From Octopus bimaculoides (taxonomy: Eukaryota): DNA of 47,602 nt. Numbering within the stretch: the first letter of the stretch is position 1; the number at the start of each line of letters is the position of its first letter. Positions 12,120 through 24,768 of the stretch are shown piece by piece. The stretch spans positions 56,248,310 through 56,295,911 of the forward strand of contig NC_068988.1 of NCBI RefSeq assembly GCF_001194135.2, in the 5' to 3' direction. A model generated the notes under the pieces. The model did not search any database, was not told where the DNA came from, and saw only the letters and a program-made list of their open reading frames with translations. The position numbers were made by a program, and so were the translations under genes.

Positions 12120-13494
12120 CCAGCAATGCTGTATTGTTATCAGTTCTGAACTTAATATTTAGTTATTTATTTGCACTTTATCTGCTGCTGTTTTGATTTT
12201 GCTGTGATGCAGCAGGTTTAATGTCCCGGCTTTCTACAATAGAAATCTTATTTCATTGTGCAATTTTATTTAATTTTGTTTTCATTATCGCAACATAGAC
12301 CATAACATGGCGTAGATGGTAACACAAAAAAAAAGACACAAGAAAGAAGAGATTAATAGTATAAACAGTAGATACTAGTGTAGTTTATAATGTTAGAGCA
12401 AAATACATTGAATGAACAGTCAAAGAAGTAAACTATTGAAATACTAAATCTTGCGCTGTTATTGTAAATTTCAGAAGTCATTGGCTTGACACATACCCAT
12501 CTGTCTTCATTCTTACTTGGTAATTAAGTTATTCGTTAATTCAGTTATTCCCTACCGGATTCTATCAATTGTATAGCTGGCGATGGTAGTGGGGATGAAC
12601 CTAACAACTTACAAGTAGATGAATAGACATAAACGGGTTTTGATTGATTTATTATCAGTATGTCTTATTTAGTTAGTACACCGGTCATGAATTGCCATTT
12701 CATTGGTTCATCTGTCAGAAAATCCTCTTTGATTGGTTTATAGTCCTATTTTGATTGGTTTATCGATGGCAGCGCTATAAGAATAGAAAAAGTAGAGAGG
12801 AAAGAATTAAATTAATAAATAACCAAAATTGTTTAATAAAATGAATTCATTGTAAGAGTCAGACAATGAAGAGACAAAATGGACAGTAATTTTAAATAAA
12901 AGTGAGGGGTTTTAAAAACGAAAGGAATTTCAGTAAAAACTGTCCTGCAATATAAAATTGATTGAAGCACGCAGGCAGCTCATTAAAAGCCATAGAGCAA
13001 GAAGACTGAAAAAGAAAGGTTTTTTTTTTTTCTGTAAACCAATCACGTAAACGAAATGATATTGTCTTCCATTGAAAACAAAATGTCAAGTCTGGTTTGT
13101 GTAACCAGGAATCTCTGACCGATAGTAAGAACACCTAAATAATTGATGTTAATAAGACAAATTTATAGCCATTTCCATATAAGGGCATCGCTCGCGTGAT
13201 TCTTCTGTAAACCAAACAAATTGTTAACTACGCTTGGGATATTTCGTTCGTGCGAAATGAAACTAAAACAACAAAATAAATGAATGAATAAATAAAAAAA
13301 TAAATAAAAGTCTAATAAAAATGGTCGGGAGGGGGTAAACAAGAGTCAGTAAGATAATCGAGGTTCGAGTTGGGCCGGAAGTCCCAACTTATAATAAAGA
13401 CGCTCCGCTCTCACATATTAAATGACAGGTCTGTGAATTTACATCAAATTCACAAGTAGACACTTCACGCACATACCTGCTTCACTAAAAGATG

Positions 13495-13531
<37 letters not shown>

Positions 13532-14229
13532 NNNNNNNNNNNNNNNNNNNNNNNNNNNNNNNNNNNNNNNNNNNNNNNNNNNNNNNNNNNNNNNNNNNNN
13601 NNNNNNNNNNNNNNNNNNNNNNNNNNNNNNNNNNNNNNNNNNNNNNNNNNNNNNNNNNNNNNNNNNNNNNNNNNNNNNNNNNNNNNNNNNNNNNNNNNNN
13701 NNNNNNNNNNNNNNNNNNNNNNNNNNNNNNNNNNNNNNNNNNNNNNNNNNNNNNNNNNNNNNNNNNNNNNNNNNNNNNNNNNNNNNNNNNNNNNNNNNNN
13801 NNNNNNNNNNNNNNNNNNNNNNNNNNNNNNNNNNNNNNNNNNNNNNNNNNNNNNNNNNNNNNNNNNNNNNNNNNNNNNNNNNNNNNNNNNNNNNNNNNNN
13901 NNNNNNNNNNNNNNNNNNNNNNNNNNNNNNNNNNNNNNNNNNNNNNNNNNNNNNNNNNNNNNNNNNNNNNNNNNNNNNTATATATATATATATATATTCT
14001 TTTACTTGGTTCACTTATTGCCCCGTTGCCCCGTTGAAGGGCCGCCTTAAAAGATTTGTTCGAACAAAACCACATATTTTAAGTCTGGTACATATTGCAT
14101 GAGGTATTTATGTGTCCGAACCGGTGAGTTCTGGAGATGTACACAAAGCGAAAACAGAAGCCAAGTGTCATGAGGACAAACACAAAGAATTAGAGCAGAC
14201 ACGCATACTGTTCACATATATAGACGACG

Positions 14230-14370
14230 GTCATCTGCAGAGTTGCCGCCAACCAAAAATCACTCACTCATACGGTATTCGCTGGACAGGGACTATAATA
14301 GAAGGCACTTACTCAAGATACTGTGCAGAAGGAATTAGCCTGAAACCACGTTGTTGCGAATAGAAATAAT
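14230..14370 (-). mobile_element. SINE family A head, highly degenerate
   Basis: ccaaaaatcactcac...gactataatagaaggcacttactcaag...gaaaccacgttgttg aligns loosely to the family-A reverse complement. Confidence 0.5.
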
Positions 14371-14417
14371 TGTACAATACTCTTACACACACACTAGGAT
14401 AAGCACATAAAACCACC

Positions 14418-14743
14418 CTGGCACTCCGTCGGTTAGGGTCACGAGGGTTCCTGTTAATCCGATCAGCGGAACAGCCTGCTCATGAGATTAACGTGCAAGT
14501 GGCTGAGCACTCCACAGACACATATACTTTTAACGTAGTTCTCAGGGAGATTCGGCATGACGCAGAATGTGGTATGGTTGGCCCTTTCAAATACAGGTAC
14601 TACTCATTTTTTCCAGCTGAGTGGACTGGAGCAACATGAAATAAAGTATCTTGCTGAAGGACACAACGCGCCGCCGGGAATCGAACTCACGACCTTACGA
14701 TCGTGAGCAGAATGCCCTAACCACTAAGCCACGCGCCTCCACA
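14418..14743 (-). mobile_element. SINE family C2 (C-like head + central domain M + tail T1)
   Basis: Head ggaggcgcgtggcttagtggttaggg...gagttcgattcccgg; central ttgtgtccttcagcaagatactttatttcatgttgctccagtccactcagctgg; tail matches 39470-39600. Confidence 0.9.
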
Positions 14744-14809
14744 AAGCCATAAACATGTACATAAAATACTTACTTTGGCCTCATGAGACCCAGGATTTAT
14801 GGGAGATTT

Positions 14810-15045
14810 AAGGCGGTTTCCATGCCTTATAAGTGACTGACATTAGAACAATCCTCCTTGAATAGGACGGTAGCCCATCATAATTAACTTCTCAGCTATT
14901 GCTGGAACTCATTTAGGGCTCGGCCCATTTGTGCAACGTGAAATGAAGTGTTTTACTCAAGAACACAACAAACCGTCGCCCCGGGACAGAAACCATAGTC
15001 GTAAGATCCTGAGTGCTACAATATAACCACTAGGCTACGTCTTCA
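14810..15045 (-). mobile_element. SINE family E, degenerate (central domain M + tail T3)
   Basis: caacgtgaaatgaagtgttttactcaagaacacaac centre, and a cggtttccatgccttataagtgactga tail similar to 45480 and 17195. Confidence 0.6.
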
Positions 15046-15117
15046 CACACACACAGGTACGCATACATAGGCAAACACGTATACATACATATATACACGC
15101 ATACATACATACATACA

Positions 15118-15175
<58 letters not shown>

Positions 15176-15682
15176 NNNNNNNNNNNNNNNNNNNNNNNNN
15201 NNNNNNNNNNNNNNNNNNNNNNNNNNNNNNNNNNNNNNNNNNNNNNNNNNNNNNNNNNNNNNNNNNNNNNNNNNNNNNNNNNNNNNNNNNNNNNNNNNNN
15301 NNNNNNNNNNNNNNNNNNNNNNNNNNNNNNNNNNNNNNNNNNNNNNNNNAAAATAATTTAAGCGATACAGAATTCATTACGCAGCTGTAAAATCTAATAG
15401 TTTTCTTTACAAGCAATATTAACCGTATATTAAAGGCGGTTGATATGATTACACGATGAACCTGAGGCTAGAGAATCTCGCAGTTGTATTATCTTTCACT
15501 TTTATCTATACTATTTAGAGATACTGGAAGCACTTAACCGTATTGTGTGACTAACTTTAAGGCTCATGCTAATATTAATAACACTTTCAGTTTTCTAGAG
15601 CCATCAATATACCCCCAAAATTCTATCTATTTATGTATGTACGTATCTACCTATCTATCTGTCTATCCATCTCTTCCTCCTA

Positions 15683-15730
<48 letters not shown>

Positions 15731-16656
15731 GCTCTCTGTCTCTCTCTATGGATAAAGCATTCAATGCTTGTAACAAGATCTTTTGTTAAACTGATAGAAT
15801 GAAATTAAGCACAAGCATGAGATTACGTTAAAATAAATAAAGATACTGCGGCAATACAATTAGATTTAAATAGAACCCAGGACTTTATCTCGAGATATCT
15901 ATGTCTAAAAAAATGAGGTACCACAGTCAAATACATGTAAATGGAGTCAAAAGATTTGTCTACATATATCTATGTCTAAAAAATTGAGATAGCACACATA
16001 AATGTAGTTAAGGCATTTGTCTAAATACATACATTCGTATATACAAGCATACATACATACATACATACACACGCACGTACGTACATACATACGTAAGTAC
16101 GTACATACATACATACGTAAGTACGTACATACATACGTAAGTACGTACATACATACAACTACTCTCTTTCTCTCTCATACATACACATTCATGGCAATAT
16201 TCACCATCACGACTGATGGCAACTCGAGATATAAAGACGGAGGTACAAAAAGGACAAGCTCCCATACATCCTATTCGATGTTTCAAAAGTGGGACAATTG
16301 TGTTGCGTTCTTTTTTTTTTTTACTCCATTTTCCATCTTTGTATTCACAAAATTATGTATTTCACCTTTTTAAAATATGGCGAGACTTTGGAAAGAACAG
16401 TTAGAACATCCGATAAAATGTTTTGCGTTATTTGTTTCGGCTCTTCGCACTTTCAGTTCAAATCACATAACGTTTAACTTTGCTTTCATCAATCAAAGGG
16501 TCAATTTTTCTCTTTCGGAATCAGTTACATTTCATTAAACAACGTCCTTTTGTTTAGAATTGAGCCGAGTGATTAGCAAACTTCTCTCATAATAAAACCT
16601 GGATACGTGATTGCTACCGTTTGACAAGCGGTACAGCACGAAATTTTAATATGAAT

Positions 16657-17062
16657 TGCTTCTAATATAAGTGCAACAACTGAAATTTCAGAGAGTTCGA
16701 CTGTTACCTTATTTTATCAACCCTGGAAGGATGAAAAGCAATGTTGACCTCGGTAGTTTTTGAACCTAGAACGTAATGACAAATGAAAAGTCACAATGCG
16801 TTTTGTCAGGCATGTTAACGACTCTCCTAGCTCACTGCCTTAAAGATAATATTGGTTCCAAATTTTGGTACAAGTCCAGATATTTCGGAGAGGGAGATAA
16901 ATCGATCATGTAGACATCTGTGCTCAACTGGTACTTATTTTATTGATCACGAAGGGATGAAAGGCAAGCTGACTCCACGGAATTTGAACTCAGAACGTAA
17001 GGACGAAATGCTGCTAAGCATTTTTTCTCGGCGTGTTAACGACTCTGCTAGCTTGCTGTCTT
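16657..17062 (-). mobile_element. Two tandem degenerate SINE-B copies (16657-16841, 16854-17062)
   Basis: Each shows the ggatgaaa(g)gca...gaactcagaacgtaa core and a head end in the same orientation. Confidence 0.75.
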
Positions 17063-17169
17063 GAAGATGATATTAATAACAATAATTGTTTCTATATTTC
17101 ATTATGTCAGTTCCTGCACTTTATCGACCCCGAAAGAATGACTGGCCACGCTGACCTTTTTTTTTTTTA

Positions 17170-17392
17170 TCTTCTCACGTCATGCCGACTCATAAGGGCT
17201 GGTTTCCCGGTTTCATAACGTATATAATTCTCAGCTAGGACGGAACGCCGGTCTGTCACAGGATTACTAATTGTTACCAGCTGAGTGGACTGGAGCAACA
17301 TGAAATGAAGTATTTTGCTCAAGAACACAACGATTCGTCCAGCCAGGAATCGAAACTACAACCTAACCACTAAGCCATGCCCTTACACTAAA
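17170..17392 (-). mobile_element. SINE family E (tRNA head + central domain M + tail T3)
   Basis: ccagctgagtggactggagcaacatgaaatgaagtattttgctcaagaacacaac centre and cctaaccactaagcc head. Confidence 0.8.
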
Positions 17393-17493
17393 GTTAGCTC
17401 CTGTAGCATTTGAACTCAGAATGTAAAGAACAGAACAAATATACTTTTTCCGGTGCTCTAACGATTCTGCTACTCTACCATCTTAAATAATCC

Positions 17494-17737
17494 TTTCTAC
17501 TATAGGCATAAGGCCTGAAATTTGTGTGAAGGGGACTAGTCAAATACATCGACCCCTGTATTACACTAGTACTTAAATTATCGACCCCTGTATTGCACTG
17601 GTACTTAATTTATCGACCCCGAAAGGATGAAAGGCAAAGTCGACATCGGCGGAATTCGAACTCAGAACGTGAAGACAGGCGAAGTGCCGCAAAGCATTTT
17701 GCCCGGCGTGCTAACTACTCTACCAGCTCGCCGCCTT
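17494..17737 (-). mobile_element. SINE family B1 with a 32-bp internal tandem duplication
   Basis: Full head to tail; duplicated unit at 17548-17579 and 17580-17611. Confidence 0.9.
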
Positions 17738-19419
17738 TACCGTCTTAAATAATGGTTTCTAATATAGAAAACGTAAAACAAAACTGTAACGAAAGCAAGA
17801 AAATCCACATATTTATGAGACACAATTGTCTGAGTCTGTTTCAAATGAACCAAGCGCCTGCAGTGAGGCCACACCAATTGATGTGATGTATGCCCACAAA
17901 ACTTCTTTTAAAAAGAAGCTAGAGATATCAAACTGTGAATNNNNNNNNNNNNNNNNNNNNNNNNNNNNNNNNNNNNNNNNNNNNNNNNNNNNNNNNNNNN
18001 NNNNNNNNNNNNNNNNNNNNNNNNNNNNNNNNNNNNNNNNNNNNNNNNNNNNNNNNNNNNNNNNNNNNNNNNNNNNNNNNNNNNNNNNNNNNNNNNNNNN
18101 NNNNNNNNNNNNNNNNNNNNNNNNNNNNNNNNNNNNNNNNNNNNNNNNNNNNNNNNNNNNNNNNNNNNNNNNNNNNNNNNNNNNNNNNNNNNNNNNNNNN
18201 NNNNNNNNNNNNNNNNNNNNNNNNNNNNNNNNNNNNNNNNNNNNNNNNNNNNNNNNNNNNNNNNNNNNNNNNNNNNNNNNNNNNNNNNNNNNNNNNNNNN
18301 NNNNNNNNNNNNNNNNNNNNNNNNNNNNNNNNNNNNNNNNNNNNNNNNNNNNNNNNNNNNNNNNNNNNNNNNNNNNNNNNNNNNNNNNNNNNNNNNNNNN
18401 NNNNNNNNNNNNNNNNNNNNNNNNNNNNNNNNNNNNNNNNNNNNNNNNNNNNNNNNNNNNNNNNNNNNNNNNNNNNNNNNNNNNNNNNNNNNNNNNNNNN
18501 NNNNNNNNNNNNNNNNNNNNNNNNNNNNNNNNNNNNNNNNNNNNNNNNNNNNNNNNNNNNNNNNNNNNNNNNNNNNNNNNNNNNNNNNNNNNNNNNNNNN
18601 NNNNNNNNNNNNNNNNNNNNNNNNNNNNNNNNNNNNNNNNNNNNNNNNNNNNNNNNNNNNNNNNNNNNNNNNNNNNNNNNNNNNNNNNNNNNNNNNNNNN
18701 NNNNNNNNNNNNNNNNNNNNNNNNNNNNNNNNNNNNNNNNNNNNNNNNNNNNNNNNNNNNNNNNNNNNNNNNNNNNNNNNNNNNNNNNNNNNNNNNNNNN
18801 NNNNNNNNNNNNNNNNNNNNNNNNNNNNNNNNNNNNNNNNNNNNNNNNNNNNNNNNNNNNNNNNNNNNNNNNNNNNNNNNNNNNNNNNNNNNNNNNNNNN
18901 NNNNNNNNNNNNNNNNNNNNNNTATATATATATATATGTATGTACGTATGTATGTATGTATGTATGTATACACACACACACGCACACACATATATACATA
19001 CAGTGATGGACTCTGGTGGTGAATACCATAGATGGATACATACATACATGCATACATACATACATACATACATACATGCATACATACATACATACATACA
19101 TACATACATACATACATACATACGTACGTACATGCGTACGTGCGTGTCTCATTACTAAGAGACTAAAATGATACGTTGCTATTCGCTCTCCATGCAACAC
19201 TTTTACACTGTTGGATTTGCGTTACCTTCCACGCTGTTGAAGAAATTCAGTATATCCGACTTGGGAATTAACTTGGGAATTAACCAAATGATATATGTAT
19301 TTTCTAAGCTCCTATTCTATATAATAACAAGTTATTTTAACAAACCAAAATGAGAGCCTTTACGTGTCAGTCAACTGAATATAAATATCAGCCAATACGC
19401 ATTCAAGTAATTATGAACT

Positions 19420-19675
19420 GCGATTTAGTTATCGGGGAGATTCAGCGTGACACAGTGTGTGACAAGGCTGGCTCTTTGAAATACAGGTACAACAGAAACA
19501 GGAAAAAAGTGTGAGAGAAAGTTGTGGCGAAAGAGTACAGCAGGGTTTGCCACCACTGCCCTACCGGAGCCTCGTAGAGCTGTAGGTATTTTCGCTCAAT
19601 AAACACTCACAACGCCCTGTCTGGGAGTCGAAGCCGCGATCCCACGACCTAACCACTGGGCCATTGCGCCTCCAC
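19420..19675 (-). mobile_element. SINE family C1, 3'-truncated
   Basis: Reverse complement of 39220-39480 (ttttcgctcaataaacactcac; cctaaccactgggccattgcgcctccac). Confidence 0.85.
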
Positions 19676-19911
19676 TGAATAGAATGTATTTAAACTTTCT
19701 TCGATCGAATCTGACCTTTTGTTATGAAATAAGTATATAGATTACAGCAACAATAACCATGGCATCAAGATATCCGCTTTCATATTCATCCAGAGCCGTT
19801 TATTCTCTCTGCAACAGTAGAGAGTATTTATATTTATAATTGAAAAGCAAATAAACTTTATTTGAGATAAAATCCATTAAAACATTAAATAAAAGGAACT
19901 AGACTACATAG

Positions 19912-20200
19912 GCGTAGGCACGACTATGTAGTAAGACTTTTGCCTCCCAACCACATGATTTTGGGTTCAATCCCACTGCTTGACGCCTTGGACATGAGTC
20001 ATCTATAAAAGCTCTGCACCAACCAATACCTTGTCAGTGAATTTGATAGTAGGAACCAGAAACGAACCCGCCTTATATTTGTGTGTGTGTGTGTGTGTGT
20101 GTGATAAATGAGTGATTTGTTCGGTTAAATCCTTCAATGTGGTGTTTCAGCATGGCCATAGACCAGTGGCTGCAACAAGTGAAATATAAAGCAAAATTCA
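19912..20200 (+). mobile_element. SINE family A, degenerate
   Basis: ggcgtagg...cccaaccacatg...gggttcaatcccactgc head, a (TG)n tract, and a 3' end cagcatggccatag...tgcaacaagt. Confidence 0.7.
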
Positions 20201-20394
20201 AATTAACAAAGTTTAGTATTTATTTTATAAACTTCAAGATAAATATATCGCTAATTTTCATTTCTGTAGCTATGAGACAAGGCCGCATCTTTCGAGTAAG
20301 AGTAGAAGCGTTTGAAGCAGACCAACCAGTATTTTGGTTGATGCTTAAGATTTTGTCTGCCAGAATTATAAACGACGTCGTTAATACGTGTAGG

Positions 20395-20494
20395 AATTTG
20401 ATGCCGAATCACAACTTACGGGGACGTAAACAAACCATCAAACGATGTCAAGGGGCGAAGGTGTGGACAAAGACATACACACATAGGTATATAC

Positions 20495-20560
<66 letters not shown>
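20395..20560 (-). mobile_element. SINE family A, 3' half fragment running into (TG)n and a gap
   Basis: ttacggggacgtaaacaaacc...gatgtcaag matches the reverse complement of the family-A 3' half. Confidence 0.6.
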
Positions 20561-20562
<2 letters not shown>

Positions 20563-21287
20563 NNNNNNNNNNNNNNNNNNNNNNNNNNNNNNNNNNNNNN
20601 NNNNNNNNNNNNNNNNNNNNNNNNNNNNNNNNNNNNNNNNNNNNNNNNNNNNNNNNNNNNNNNNNNNNNNNNNNNNNNNNNNNNNNNNNNNNNNNNNNNN
20701 NNNNNNNNNNNNNNNNNNNNNNNNNNNNNNNNNNNNNNNNNNNNNNNNNNNNNNNNNNNNNNNNNNNNNNNNNNNNNNNNNNNNNNNNNNNNNNNNNNNN
20801 NNNNNNNNNNNNNNNNNNNNNNNNNNNNNNNNNNNNNNNNNNNNNNNNNNNNNNNNNNNNNNNNNNNNNNNNNNNNNNNNNNNNNNNNNNNNNNNNNNNN
20901 NNNNNNNNNNNNNNNNNNNNNNNNNNNNNNNNNNNNNNNNNNNNNNNNNNNNNNNNNNNNNNNNNNNNNNNNNNNNNNNNNNNNNNNNNNNNNNNNNNNN
21001 NNNNNNNNNNNNNNNNNNNNNNNNNNNNNNNNNNNNNNNNNNNNNNNNNNNNNNNNNNNNNNNNNNNNNNNNNNNNNNNNNNNNNNNNNNNNNNNNNNNN
21101 NNNNNNNNNNNNNNNNNNNNNNNNNNNNNNNNNNNNNNNNNNNNNNNNNNNNNNNNNNNNNNNNNNNNNNNNNNNNNNNNNNNNNNNNNNNNNNNNNNNN
21201 NNNNNNNNNNNNNNNNNNNNNNNNNNNNNNNNNNNNNNNNNNNNCTAAAATAATAATATTACTGACTAGTTAGTATCATTTCAATTA

Positions 21288-21503
21288 TTCTTTTCTACTC
21301 TAGGCACAAGGCCCGAAATTTTGGAGGAAGGGGCTACACGACTAGATCGACCCCAGTACGTAACTGGTACTTAATTTATCGACCCCGAAAGGATGAAAGG
21401 CAAAGTCTACCTCGGTGGAATTTGAACTCAGAACGTAATGACAGACGAAATACCGCGAAGCATTTCGCCCGGCGTGCTAGCGTTTCTGCCAGCTCGCCGC
21501 CTT
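21288..21503 (-). mobile_element. SINE family B1, full length
   Basis: Well-preserved copy; head aaggcggcgagctggcagaaacgctagcacgccgggcgaaatgc on the minus strand. Confidence 0.9.
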
Positions 21504-21774
21504 AGCAATATTTTAATTATTGTCGCAAGGTAGTCTGGACTTATTTCGATTTTGTTAGGCCTCATCTGTGAAGCATATATTTCACCCACACTTACCAAAG
21601 TAGTGATGAGATCATCAGTTAAGTAGGTTATAATACTATATATGAGTATATATGAAAATTAGCGAATTTCAGAAAATAAGTTGATAAAAGCAATTATTCA
21701 AAGACTTTCTGCATCTTCTTCAGAGCTTTCCGATTTAAAATTCAAGCTTCTAATCACGTCATGATTAATCTAGA

Positions 21775-22008
21775 AGAGGCGGTGAGCTGGCAGAAACGTT
21801 AGCACGCCGGGCGAAATGCTTAGCGGTATTTCGTCTGCAGCTACGTTCTGAGTTCAAATTCCGCCGAGGTCGACTTTGCCTTTCATCCTTTCGGGGTCGA
21901 TTAAATAAGTACCAGTTACGCACTGAGGTCGATATAATCGACTTAATCCGTTTGTCTGTCCTTGTTTGTCACCTCTATGTTTAGCCCCTTGTGGGCAGTA
22001 AACAAATA
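21775..22008 (+). mobile_element. SINE family B2, full length with 14-bp TSD
   Basis: TSD atgattaatctaga at 21761-21774 and 22009-22022; B-box-like gagttcaaattcc. Confidence 0.92.
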
Positions 22009-22374
22009 ATGATTAATCTAGATGTGATTATCTCCCTTACACTAACTAGTCGCCAAAGTACACTTAGTGTTCATCCGTTTCCGTTTGCAGTATTAAGCTG
22101 AAATATTGTATAATAACCATTGGCATCAAGATGAATAGAACCAGAAAAATTAGGCCTGCTTCCTCTGTCAGTTAATGCTTCGTCACAGTCTCATATATAC
22201 TATTTTGGATGCAAAAAAAAAAANNNNNNNNNNAAAAAAAAAAAAATACCGGATTCACTGAGAGATAGTGAAACATTTTCTTACCCACGAAAATAAGCTA
22301 TCTAAGTTTTCTATCGAGAAGAGAAACCGCTTCGTTGCGAAAAAGTAAGTTCCTTGCTTCTTAGTGTTTGACAG

Positions 22375-22661
22375 GTGGAGGCGCAATGGCCCAATGGTTA
22401 GGGCAGCGGACCCACGGTCATAGGATCGCGGTTTCGATTCCCAGAAAGGGTGTTGTGAGTGTTTATTGAGCGAAAACACCTAAAAGCTCCACGAGGCTCC
22501 GGCAGGGGATGGTGGCGAACCCTGATGTACTCTTTCACCACAACTTTCTCTCACTCTTACTTCCTGTTTTTGCTGTGCCTGTAATTCAAAGGGTCTGCCT
22601 TGTCACACTGTGTCACGCTGAATATCCCCGAGAACTACGTCGTAAGCGACGGAGTGCCAAC
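22375..22661 (+). mobile_element. SINE family C1 with 12-bp TSD and internal deletion
   Basis: TSD agtgtttgacag at 22363-22374 and 22662-22673. A box tggcccaatggttaggg, B box ggtttcgattccc. Lacks 95 nt relative to the 39220 copy. Confidence 0.92.
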
Positions 22662-23179
22662 AGTGTTTGACAGACGAGACGAATAAGAGAGAAAGATGGA
22701 AAAGAAAAGGCTAATAAACACATGAAAGGGAATGAAACTTAAAGGAAATAAAGGGGGAGAAAGAGAGATAGAGAGATGGGGATGGGAATAAAAGGAGGTA
22801 AATAAAATTTCATAGATGACATACGGCGTTTTGAATTTATAGGATAAGATATAGTGTGAAAAAAATAAAAGAAAAATGTTTTAAAAAGAGAAAAATAAAA
22901 CAAAAAATGGCAAGCAACAACAGCAAAAACGAAAGCAATTCACTGCAAAGTGTGTCATTACATTGTAGGTAACTAAAACTACTGTCGTAGAATGTATAAA
23001 GTATCCTACTAGTTGTAGAAAACTATGTCTAGAGATCATTCGATGCTAAATTGTGTAATTAAGTTGAAAGACGCTCTCTATTGTGAAGTTATAACCGCCA
23101 GAGTCGGGGGAAGAGAGACCCTTTGGCGCCATTTACATAGGAATTTCTTATGATTTGTATATTTATTCTAATTTTAACT

Positions 23180-23246
23180 GTGTACACACACGCACACACA
23201 CACACACACACACCACACACACCACACACATGCATTCATATATGCA

Positions 23247-23330
<84 letters not shown>

Positions 23331-23680
23331 TTCATATATACACGCATATATACATATACATGCATGTATGTTTGTATGTATGTATGTATATATGTATGTA
23401 TGTGGGTATGTGTGCATGTATGTATGAATAAATGAATGCGTGTACGTATATATGAATGTATGCATATGTATGATGCATATGTATGATATGTGTGTGTGTG
23501 TGTGTGTATAACATAACATACGAATACAAGTGCATGAATACACGCACACACACACACGAATATGAATGCGTGTATGTGTGTATGTGTGTTTGCGTGTATG
23601 TGTGTATGTTCGTGCATGTGTGTATGTATGTGCGTGTGTGTGTGCGTCTGTGCGTGTGTGCGTGTGCATGCGTGCGTGTG
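23180..23680. repeat. Compound (CA)/(TA)/(CATA)/(TG) microsatellite field
   Basis: Directly visible; it generates many spurious ORFs. Confidence 0.95.
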
Positions 23681-24362
23681 CAACAAGGATTATTTGTCTA
23701 AATCGACTAAATATCCGATGATCCATAATAAATCTTTTCCTTTTATATCCCCGTGTTGCCACCAAGAACTCTTGGCGTTTTAAGATTAAAATAACAGCTT
23801 AAGATAAAGGCGAAGCTGTTTTAAAAATAAACCTCTTTCTCTTTCTTTCTGACTCTTTCATCCGAAAAGCTTTTGGTACCATTTACTCCTAATGACATAC
23901 GTTAGACCTTAGGTGTCCTGTCTAATTTGGCATCTGGAAAAAAAATTCTTTGTAAGACGACACATACAAACTCAAACCATTTATTCCACTCTTTATCTTG
24001 TTTTTAATTCTTGTTTTCCTTTTCTTTTTGGATCAGCGTTTAGCATATGGATTTCGTATATACTTATATAGTTCTATTTTTATATAGGAGAAAATGATAT
24101 TAAGGGCCTTTTTCTTTTCTTTCTTTTTTTTTCTTTTTTTTTTTTGTCAGAGGCATTAACGGTGTAAATGAAGTGAAAGAGCGGTATCGAGAATCGAAAT
24201 TGGGACGTAGTCTATGTTTGTTTTTGTAATAGCTTAATCAGTGGAGGAAGGGCAACGTCCATACTCATTTTAGGACCGCCTCGGGTATTGAGACGGGCTG
24301 GGAGAGAAGATTCTGCAGTCTCTGGACTGCTGCAGTAGAAAACATCACTATATCAATATATT

Positions 24363-24528
24363 ATTTTCTACTCTAGGCACAAGGCCCGAAATTTTGGGGA
24401 AGAGATCCAGTCGATTAGATCGACTCCACTACGCAACTTGTACTTAATTTATCGACCCCAAAGGGATGAAAGGCGAAGTCGACCTCGGCGGAATTTGAAC
24501 TCAGAACATAAAGACAGACGAAATACAC
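24363..24528 (-). mobile_element. SINE family B1, 5'-truncated, with 17-bp TSD
   Basis: TSD cactatatcaatatatt at 24346-24362 and 24529-24545. Confidence 0.9.
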
Positions 24529-24558
24529 CACTATATCAATATATTGCGTTATTTTCAA

Positions 24559-24768
24559 GGCGGCGAGCTGGCAGAAACGTTAGCACGCCGGGTGAAATTC
24601 TTAGCCCGTATGTCTTTACGTTCTGAGTTCAAATTTCGCCGACGTCGACTTTGCCTTTCATCCATTCGGAGTCAATAAATTAAGTACCGGTTGCGTACTG
24701 GGGTCGATGTAATCGTCTGCCCGCCTCCTCAAAAATTTCGAGCCTTGTTCCTAGAGTAGAAAAGAATA
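24559..24768 (+). mobile_element. SINE family B1, full length with 14-bp TSD
   Basis: TSD tgcgttattttcaa at 24545-24558 and 24769-24782. Confidence 0.9.

Noticed and set aside
16075-16160. 20-24-bp minisatellite (acatacatacgtaagtacgt)n
   Set aside because: An ordinary derivative of the surrounding (CATA)n tract.
17826-17940. Possible RT GVPQG remnant or exon next to the gap
   Set aside because: The match needs several indels and is truncated by Ns.
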